From positions 1 to 14,379 of the forward strand of contig CAVUXE010000074.1 of assembly GCA_963745235.1 (NCBI GenBank): a stretch of 14,379 bases of DNA, given 5' to 3'. Shown here in pieces: positions 8,224 to 14,379 of this stretch (within the stretch, counting starts at the first letter, position 1; each line of letters opens with the position of its first letter). The translations under genes were made by a program, and so were the position numbers. The stretch comes from an uncultured Spirochaetota bacterium (GTDB lineage: Bacteria > Spirochaetota > Spirochaetia > SZUA-6 > Fen-1364). The notes under the pieces are model-generated. The model saw only the letters and a program-made list of their open reading frames with translations. It was not told where the DNA came from and did no database searches.

Positions 8224-8617
8224 TACGAATCTCTGGATCAGCTTCCTTTTGGGAAAGAAGGTTGCAGATCTTCTCACCTTGATTCAGAACGGCAGAGTTG
8301 AGGTCGTTACCGATGCGCGGCAAATCGCTGAAATTGAAGACGTGCTTTCTCGGCCGAAAATCAAAAGGCTCATCGGTCCCCAGCGCCTATCAATCATGCT
8401 CCGATTCGTCCATCGGAAGACGAGGCTCGTTACGCCTAAGCGACGAATCAAGGCATGCCGAGATCCCAACGACGATTACCTTCTGGAGATTGCAGTAGAA
8501 GCCAAGGCTCCTTTCCTTGTCTCAGGAGACAGCGACCTTCTGGCACTCGATCCGTTCAGATCAGTACGGATCGTTAACTATCGAGATTTCAAAGAAAAAC
8601 TTAAAGAGCACCTGTGA
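8207..8617 (+). CDS. PIN-domain (VapC-like) toxin
   Basis: RAVIDTNLWIS, 'EIEDVLSRPK' and 'CRDPNDDYLLEIA...LVSGDSDLL' supply the conserved PIN acidic residues. Confidence 0.92.
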   Translation: MRAVIDTNLWISFLLGKKVADLLTLIQNGRVEVVTDARQIAEIEDVLSRPKIKRLIGPQRLSIMLRFVHRKTRLVTPKRRIKACRDPNDDYLLEIAVEAKAPFLVSGDSDLLALDPFRSVRIVNYRDFKEKLKEHL

Positions 8618-8756
8618 GCGGCCGGCCAGCCGAAGTGGTAAGTGTTGCAAGATGCCCGCCGGCATTGTATGCTTTTTCTCGATCTTGGGAGGGGTCAAGC
8701 CTATAGCAGAAAATCCGTAGAATGACACGCGCTGTTCGTCGAACAGCCTAACAATG

Positions 8757-8824
8757 CAAAACCCCCGCATCTTGCGGGGGCTCGCTTTGCGCCCGGACGG
8801 GCAACTATTGCTTGGCCTTGGTAA
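8757..8824 (-). ncRNA. Putative countertranscript (antisense copy-number control RNA) upstream of rep
   Basis: Bounded by a near-consensus minus-strand promoter (8830-8858) and the terminator at 8758-8780. About 65-70 nt, antisense to the rep leader, with an extra hairpin GCCCG/CGGGC at 8791-8802. Ends are approximate. Confidence 0.6.
8758..8780 (-). terminator. Rho-independent terminator on the minus strand
   Basis: Stem CCCCCGCA/TGCGGGGG (8762-8769/8773-8780), 3-nt loop, followed by TTTT on the minus strand (8761-8758). Confidence 0.75.
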
Positions 8825-8829
8825 TCCAG

Positions 8830-8858
8830 ACAATAGCACAAACCCTCCGGAGCGTCAA
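8830..8858 (-). promoter_or_regulatory. Sigma70-type promoter, antisense to rep
   Basis: TTGACG (8858-8853), 17-bp spacer, TATTGT (8835-8830), with an extended TGn motif. Confidence 0.7.
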
Positions 8859-8911
8859 GCAAAAATCAGCGCTTGAGGTATGTCCCGAGCGCCACGCCTC
8901 TGGAGGGGACC

Positions 8912-9814
8912 ATGCAAAGTGATTCCGTCGGAGTGGAGCGTCGACGTCTACCGTTCACGCTCATCGAAAACATCATCCTCGAGGACCAGACTCTCAGCCG
9001 TGTCGATATCCTGGTGTACCTGGCCATAGCAAAACACGCAGACGGGGAGGGCACATGCTGGCCTTCCATGGCCACGATTGGGAAGCTCGCCCGATGCGCA
9101 AGAGAGACCGTAGCGCGCAGCCTCAGTCACCTGGAGGCCCGAGGCTATCTGAAGCGTAGCCCACGCTTTCGCCCCGACGGCGGGGTTACCTCAAACGTCT
9201 ACCAGCTCATGCCCATCGGGGCACATCCCTACCCCGTGACCCAGGCCGACACCCCCTGTGAGCTTAAATCACACCCCCCTGTGAGTCATGATCACACGAA
9301 CTATACCCAATCTGAACTAGATCCAGAAAACCAAGAGAGAGAGGAGGGCGTGCGCCGACCCGCGGCAAGGCTATCCCTCCCAGGACAGACTCCCGCACCG
9401 AAGTCCGTTCCCTCTCTCTCTTTTTTGCTTACGCGTATGAAACAAGAGGCCCAAGCTCGGAGAGCTCCCCTGGTCGTTGGACGGGACTGGTCCGAGGGGA
9501 TCGCTGAGCTGGCACGTAGCGGCATCCCCGAGTGTGAACTAATCCAGGCTTTCACTGCTTGTATCGAGTCGGCGCCCGAGAGGGTGAGCTTTTTTCCGAG
9601 AGACTTTCTGAAATGGCGCAAGGCATCACGCGAACGACTATCGCGGGATCGCGAGGTACAACACAAAAAGCGCGAGAGGGAAGAGGGTGAACGGGAGCGG
9701 AAAGCCGAACGGGAGAAGATCCTGGGTGAACAAAGGGATCCGCAGAGTGCAGCACGGGTCAAAGCGGCAATAGCAAGCCTGCCCTGGAAACGGGTGAGGG
9801 GGGAAGTGAGATGA
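8912..9814 (+). CDS. HTH-domain replication initiator (phage replisome-organizer-like Rep)
   Basis: GGAGGGG RBS before ATG 8912. N-terminal 'FTLIEN...LVYLAIAKHAD...CWPSMATIGKLARCARETVARSLSHLEARGYLKR...SNVYQL' wHTH typical of phage/plasmid initiators. Followed by a repeat-encoded linker and a charged C terminus. Confidence 0.75.
   Translation: MQSDSVGVERRRLPFTLIENIILEDQTLSRVDILVYLAIAKHADGEGTCWPSMATIGKLARCARETVARSLSHLEARGYLKRSPRFRPDGGVTSNVYQLMPIGAHPYPVTQADTPCELKSHPPVSHDHTNYTQSELDPENQEREEGVRRPAARLSLPGQTPAPKSVPSLSFLLTRMKQEAQARRAPLVVGRDWSEGIAELARSGIPECELIQAFTACIESAPERVSFFPRDFLKWRKASRERLSRDREVQHKKREREEGERERKAEREKILGEQRDPQSAARVKAAIASLPWKRVRGEVR
9231..9297. repeat. Three iteron-like palindromic repeats inside rep (putative origin)
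   Basis: CGTGA-N7-CGACA (9235-9251), TGTGA-N7-TCACA (9257-9273), TGTGA-N7-TCACA (9280-9296). Separated by C5-C6 runs; period 22-23 bp. Confidence 0.7.
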
Positions 9815-9960
9815 AGCGAGACCAGCTGTATTTGTTTCAGGAGTATGAGTGGGAAGAGGACTACAGCGGTGTGGAGGGAGACGGGCTGTGCGAAGGGGAA
9901 GAGGTCTACGCCGGAGAACTGATAGAGTATGCATGGGATGAAGCCAAGCAGGCGGGATGA
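9811..9960 (+). CDS. Acidic 49-aa miniprotein translationally coupled to rep
   Basis: ATGA overlap with the rep stop. MKRDQLYLFQEYEWEEDYSGVEGDGLCEGEEVYAGELIEYAWDEAKQAG. Not present in the supplied ORF track. Confidence 0.6.
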   Translation: MKRDQLYLFQEYEWEEDYSGVEGDGLCEGEEVYAGELIEYAWDEAKQAG

Positions 9961-10004
9961 ATGAATCTTAGGCAACCAAAGCGTAGGTAAGAGGGGAGGG
10001 GATC

Positions 10005-10281
10005 ATGGCAGACGAGGTCAGCAGGAGGTCTGTGGTGATCCGAAAGAGGGCAGCGGAGTCGAAACTGGAGGCGGAGGAGCCGCCTTGCGAAGTGGGAGAA
10101 GGCACATCCAGGGCTGCGGCACGTACAGTTTGCGATCGATATCGAGCTGTGGAATCGCTTTGTGGCGAGATGCTGCGCAACGCGCAGGCCCAACGACGTT
10201 TTCACACGCATGATCCGTGAAGCGGTGGAGCGTTCCGAAGCAATTGAAGAAGTCTTGAAAGCAACCCAAGCCCAGAAATAG
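10005..10281 (+). pseudogene. Frameshifted ribbon-helix-helix (CopG-like) gene
   Basis: GGGGAGGGG RBS and ATG 10005 give MADEVS...KLEAEE. Removing one C near 10080 joins it to RLAKWEKAHPGLRHVQFAIDIELWNRFVARCCATRRPNDVFTRMIREAVERSEAIEEVLKATQAQK*, a 91-aa product with an RHH-like pattern. Confidence 0.55.
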
Positions 10282-10329
10282 CCCACTATGGGCTTGGCGA
10301 TTCGCGAAGATCACATGCTTGGAGGTACC

Positions 10330-10410
10330 ATTTTGTTTCATGTAACGCTCGAACAGGGCGAAGATGGCTGGACGGTTACTGAATGTCCAGGGCTTCCCGT
10401 CGCAGGGTGA
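10330..10410 (+). pseudogene. hicB: HicB antitoxin N-terminal relic
   Basis: After GGAGG (10321-10325) it reads (I)LFHVTLEQGEDGWTVTECPGLP, with SQG following in another frame. Matches the HicB pattern 'E..EDG...CP.LPGC.SQG' but with ATT in place of ATG, a small deletion and truncation. Confidence 0.7.
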
Positions 10411-10568
10411 TGGAATCACACGGTAGGCATCCGGATCGTTCGTCTACAGGCCAGCCACACCCGCGTCAGAAAGCGAGGGAAAATTTCTGATCTTCGACCC
10501 ATAAGCCACGCTTGAATGGCCTGCCGTATGTTCTCCAGCGCTTCGGCCAGCGCCAGGGCGCCGAGCTG

Positions 10569-10907
10569 CTACCGAAGCGATTTGGCAAACTCTCTAAGGA
10601 CCTGGTTGGTGTGGATACGCTTGTCATGGGTGAGGCCAGCGAGGAGCTCGCTCCAGGAAACGCCTTGGGATCCTGGATGCTGGGCGCGGAGGTTCATGAG
10701 GATGGCCCCCACGACGATCTTGGCCTGGTTCGAGGCCCTTCGCTTGGTTTGGCGGTACTCGATGATGCGGCGGTGGCGGTCGATTTTGGCCAGTTTCTGG
10801 TGAGTTTGCTCGAGCAGCTCGGAGCCAAGGGTCTGCTTGAGGAGCTCTTGGAGGCGTTTTTCTTCGCCGTCGAGCTGTTGTAGGCGCTCTTCGTTGGTCT
10901 TGCGCAT
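10569..10907 (-). CDS. mobC: MobC/MobS-like relaxosome accessory protein
   Basis: Divergent from the relaxase across oriT. Coiled-coil N terminus followed by 'RRASNQAKIVVGAILM', resembling the 'RRKVLVGAMIL' segment of RSF1010 MobC. Confidence 0.7.
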   Translation of the reverse strand: MRKTNEERLQQLDGEEKRLQELLKQTLGSELLEQTHQKLAKIDRHRRIIEYRQTKRRASNQAKIVVGAILMNLRAQHPGSQGVSWSELLAGLTHDKRIHTNQVLREFAKSLR

Positions 10908-10932
10908 GGGCGGTGAGTATAGCACTCACTGC

Positions 10933-11036
10933 CCCTTCCAGGGTATCTCAGCCGCGGCAGCGAGGCTGTCGACGCCAAGGGGGTGCTTGACGGGGAGGGT
11001 TTGGCGTGGTAGGAAGGCTGAGATACCCTGGAAGGG
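10933..11036. repeat. Perfect 21-bp inverted repeat in the oriT region
   Basis: CCCTTCCAGGGTATCTCAGCC (10933-10953) and GGCTGAGATACCCTGGAAGGG (11016-11036), with a 62-bp spacer. Confidence 0.9.
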
Positions 11037-11064
11037 CACGCTTATACATCGGCTTCGCCGACGT
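11033..11064 (-). other. MOBQ-type origin of transfer (nick core plus adjacent hairpin)
   Basis: Minus strand TAAGCGTGCCCT (11044-11033) resembles the MOBQ core TAARTGCGCCCT. Adjacent inverted repeat AC.TCGGC-TTC-GCCGA.GT (11046-11064). Lies between mobC and the relaxase gene. Confidence 0.75.
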
Positions 11065-11153
11065 GCGTGGCGGGGGGCTGGGCCCCCTGCACCCCAGGGG
11101 AATCGAGGCTCACGCCTCGACGGCAACCGCCGCCGAAAGGAGGCTCGCTCGGC

Positions 11154-12680
11154 ATGGCCATCTATCACCTGGGGGCACAGGTGATCTCGCGATCCGTTGG
11201 AAGATCGGCGGTTGCCTGCGCGGCGTACCGCGCCAGGGAGAAACTCCAAGATGAGCGCACGGGCGAGGAGTTTGACTATACCCGCAAGCAGGGCGTCCAG
11301 GAGGCCTTCATCCTTGCCCCCGAAGGGGCCCCTGAGTGGGTGCAAGATCGCGGGGAGCTATGGAACCGTGTGGAGGCCAGCGAGAAGCGGTGTGACTCGC
11401 AGCTTGCCCGGGAGCTCAACGTCTCCCTTCCCCATGAGCTGACTGCCGAGCAGCGACGATCGCTCATCGAGGGATTCGCTCGGGAACAGTTTGTCGACCA
11501 GGGAATGATCGCCGACGTTGCCATTCATCAGAGCGAAGGCCTCAACCACCATGCACATATCATGCTTACCCTGAGGGAAGTAGGGCCAGAGGGCTTTGGC
11601 AAGAAGGTGAGGGAGTGGAACAAGCCCGAGATGCTTCAGGGCTGGCGCAGGGAATGGGCGACAGCGGCCAACCGGGAGCTCGAGCTTGCGGGCCACCAAG
11701 CGCGCATCGACCATAGAACCCTGCGAGCCCAGCGGGAGGAAGCACTGGAGAAGGGAGACTACGAGCGGGCTATAGAGTTCACGCGAGCGCCCAGAAATGA
11801 CAAGACCATCCAGGCTGTGTACATGAACCGGCGCAGGGTTCACTCGGATCAGCTCGAGCGAATTGCCAAGGAGCGACCTGGCGAGTTGGCCCTATATCGT
11901 GATACGCGAGAACGTGCCCAGGGGATCTTGGGAGAGCTCAGGGAGGTACAGGAGAGAATAAAGACTGAGCCTGAGGATCTGAAGAACCTCGAAGCAGCAC
12001 AAGAGAAGGAACGTCTAGAACAAGAGCTGCGAAACACCCTGCTTCCTTCGAGGTCCCAGGGGCGGCCAGAGGCCAAGAAGCCAGATGCCTATGAGGTTGC
12101 CCGCACCAACAGAAAGGAGTTTGACGCACAGTGGAATGGGTTGTACGAGGATTTTACAAAAGAGCGGGAAACCAACGAGGGCAGGGTAGCTCAGCGGATT
12201 GAGTTGGACCAGCGAACCGAGCGCAAGGAGTTGGACGAGCTACGAGGGTATGCCAAGGATTTGCAAGAAAGTCACGACTGGTTTGAGGAGGAGACCAAAA
12301 AGACTTTCTGGAGGCATCCGGTCGCTGTCACGGCCAATTTCCTGTTCTACCGGAAAGAGATTGATCGAAATATCAAAGAAATCGACCTGGAACGGGAGAA
12401 GGTCGGCAAGGACATAACAGCGCTTTCGAAAAAGCTTGATGGGGAACTAGATCCTGAGAAGGTACGCCATGAGGCAGAACAGCAAACGTGGAAACTCAAT
12501 CCTGAGTTGGTCAACAGGTACAATGCTCTGGAGCCGATTCGCAAACTTTGGGAGCAGCGCGATCAGACGGAGCGGAGGAAGCAGTGGGAGATGGAGCAAA
12601 AGCAGCAGGAACGCGACGGAGGATTTGGAGGACTTCCACGGGGACTAGGGCGTGGACGGGATGATGGAATCGAGCGTTGA
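11154..12680 (+). CDS. mobA: MobA/MobL family (MOBQ) relaxase
   Basis: AAGGAGG RBS. MAIYHL, SAVACAAYRA (catalytic Tyr), FDYTRKQGV, LWNRVEASEKR, ARELNVSLPHEL, NHHAHIM (HUH), RIDHRT. Coiled-coil C terminus ending in a typical GRGRDDGIER tail. Confidence 0.96.
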   Translation: MAIYHLGAQVISRSVGRSAVACAAYRAREKLQDERTGEEFDYTRKQGVQEAFILAPEGAPEWVQDRGELWNRVEASEKRCDSQLARELNVSLPHELTAEQRRSLIEGFAREQFVDQGMIADVAIHQSEGLNHHAHIMLTLREVGPEGFGKKVREWNKPEMLQGWRREWATAANRELELAGHQARIDHRTLRAQREEALEKGDYERAIEFTRAPRNDKTIQAVYMNRRRVHSDQLERIAKERPGELALYRDTRERAQGILGELREVQERIKTEPEDLKNLEAAQEKERLEQELRNTLLPSRSQGRPEAKKPDAYEVARTNRKEFDAQWNGLYEDFTKERETNEGRVAQRIELDQRTERKELDELRGYAKDLQESHDWFEEETKKTFWRHPVAVTANFLFYRKEIDRNIKEIDLEREKVGKDITALSKKLDGELDPEKVRHEAEQQTWKLNPELVNRYNALEPIRKLWEQRDQTERRKQWEMEQKQQERDGGFGGLPRGLGRGRDDGIER

Positions 12681-13301
12681 CTGGTCTGCACGGCGTGCCG
12701 AAGCTCCTATGCCCAAGCAGCTTCTCGTCTTCCGACCTCTTTGTCTCCTGTCAGTGAGGGGTGCGGCCATATTTATCGTTACGGGGTGAACACCTTTGCG
12801 ATTGGCGCTACCCTCTTTGATCGAACCTGGTGCTCTTGTCGGTTGGAGGAATTTGCGTTCGGCAGATCGTTAAACGTCGCTCGTGGCGATCCTACAACCT
12901 TCTGCCATATCCAGCCCGCCTGTCTCTGAATACCCTGGCGCGTCGGAGGCCCCAGAAGGATCGTTTCGTCAAACGTTTGTTGTTTGCGAATTTCCCACAA
13001 CTGAGATTGCGGTCTGCCAGCGAAGCGTAAATGGATGAAGCAATCGATATCGTTTCCGTGGTTCGAATATTCGAAGAAGGGTCTGTCGTGTGCGTGTGGG
13101 GCTGCCCGAAGGGCTCGAAAGAAAATTGAACGGGCCAGTCACTTTTCTGCATATAGGACGCGATCGAAACGGCGGCCGGCGGAACGGTAAGCTACCCATG
13201 ACATCAATTTTCCCTTCTCCAAAGATGAAGATCGCAGTAATGAGAAATCTGGGGCGGCGCAGCTTGGCCGGCATTATGCGTGGAATAGCTCTGGAGGCAA
13301 G

Positions 13302-14324
13302 ATGAGAGTCGGTGCGAAGACATGGAATGAGTTCTGGGCCTACCATTGGCGGCTGATCCGAAAAAAAGACGAGTGGGCGTCCCGCGACACTCCGCTTGCA
13401 AGGTTCCTCGCGGTCAAGGACGCTTACGCCAGCCACCTCAAGCCTTTCCTGCGCTTCTTGGAAGAGAACCACCTCGATCTCGACTTCGCTGCGGTGAAGG
13501 CGTACTTCGTTCACGTCAACGGGCTGACGCTTGCGACAGCGACTAAACTCAACCGCCGTAATGCGGTTAAGGCGCGACTGCGTTCGACGCTCTCCAGCCC
13601 CGACTTCACCCAGCAGGCGGGGATCGAATCGATGCTGCGGAGCCTCGACTATGGCAGTGAGACCAGAAGGCCGACCTTGACGCGAACGGGCATCTCAGAG
13701 GACCGCATCGTCACGCGTGAGGCGTTTGACCGCCTGGTGGCCGGCACCTCAAGGCGGACCTCGCTTTTTGTTTGGTTCCTTTTCAACACTGGCTGCCGCG
13801 TAGGGGAGATGTGCGGTGCGCGGCTGGACAAGTGTGAGGATCTTGGAGACATGGTCCGCCTGCTGGTAACGGGGAAGAGGAACAAAGAACGAAAGGTCGA
13901 CATCCAGAAGGCCCTGTTCGAAGCCATCCGCGCCACGTTTCCTGGTGAGATCTTTCTGTTTCAGACGCAGGGCGGGAAGCCCTACCGCCCGACATATGTC
14001 AGCTGGGAGATCATAAAGGCAGGCCATCGGATCCTGGGACGCAGGATCTCGGCGCACAGCATGCGTCATTCCTTCGCCACTCTGGCCATCCGCGAGGGGG
14101 CTTCCATAAAGGCGGTCTCGGAGTACCTTGGGCACAATTCCGTCGCTATTACTCTGACCATGTACGTGCACGAGATCTTGGAGAAAAGCCAGAGGGTAAT
14201 GCGGGAGTTCAAGGAAGAATCGCCGGGGAAGGCCGCCGCCCGCCGCCCTAACGCAAAGAGAAAAGTCGTCGAACACGCCGCCGACGTTGAATCTCCAAAA
14301 TCCTACGCTCGCCCTGCGCCGTAG
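13302..14324 (+). CDS. Tyrosine recombinase (Xer-like resolvase/integrase)
   Basis: GGAGG RBS. Full catalytic set: TGCRVGE (R), GKRNKER (K), HSMRHSFAT (HxxR), YLGH (H), TMYVH (Y). Confidence 0.93.
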   Translation: MRVGAKTWNEFWAYHWRLIRKKDEWASRDTPLARFLAVKDAYASHLKPFLRFLEENHLDLDFAAVKAYFVHVNGLTLATATKLNRRNAVKARLRSTLSSPDFTQQAGIESMLRSLDYGSETRRPTLTRTGISEDRIVTREAFDRLVAGTSRRTSLFVWFLFNTGCRVGEMCGARLDKCEDLGDMVRLLVTGKRNKERKVDIQKALFEAIRATFPGEIFLFQTQGGKPYRPTYVSWEIIKAGHRILGRRISAHSMRHSFATLAIREGASIKAVSEYLGHNSVAITLTMYVHEILEKSQRVMREFKEESPGKAAARRPNAKRKVVEHAADVESPKSYARPAP

Positions 14325-14379
14325 TGCGATCCACGGGAGCCCTGCCGTGTCATTCTACCAGGCGAAAGCGTCCCCTTCC

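Larger units (their letters stand above)
1..14379. mobile_element. Small mobilizable plasmid or plasmid-like element
   Basis: Rep/origin, partition, relaxase/oriT, recombinase and TA modules occur together with no housekeeping genes. No gene is truncated at either end. No terminal overlap proving circularity was seen. Confidence 0.75.

Noticed and set aside
9257-9296. CRP/FNR-like TGTGA...TCACA sites
   Set aside because: The spacer is 7 bp rather than 6, and the sites are tandem and intragenic, so they are better explained as Rep iterons.
10987-11015. Plus-strand promoter TTGACG-17 bp-TAGGAA for mobA
   Set aside because: The -10 lacks the conserved final T; plausible but too weak to list as a feature.
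11067-11153. N-terminal extension of the relaxase in the ORF track (similar extensions on parA, rep and the VapB-type antitoxin)
   Set aside because: Family-typical N termini (MAIYH, MRKVAF) and/or RBS positions support the downstream starts.
12741-13514. Several short ORFs between the relaxase and recombinase genes
   Set aside because: Mutually overlapping, mostly non-ATG starts and no recognisable domains; treated as non-coding or decayed sequence.

Overview
The window looks like most or all of a compact (~14.4 kb) mobilizable plasmid or plasmid-like element. The backbone has an HTH-type replication initiator with palindromic repeats inside its own gene and a promoter-plus-terminator antisense RNA unit upstream. 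It also has a ParA with a small RHH-like partner and a 4 x 10-bp repeat site, a MOBQ (MobA/MobL) relaxase with divergent MobC-like gene and oriT, a tyrosine recombinase, two intact type II toxin-antitoxin pairs (BrnT/BrnA, VapB/PIN) and a HicB relic. The cargo is a DtxR/MntR-led metal operon (regulator, Nramp MntH, tandem USP, CDF/TMEM163-like transporter) and a membrane-anchored SAM methyltransferase. The most interesting signals are absent from the ORF track: the putative rep countertranscript, a perfect 21-bp inverted repeat starting at the predicted oriT nick, a 49-aa acidic miniprotein coupled to rep, and a frameshifted RHH gene. All family calls come from motif recognition by eye; no database search was run.
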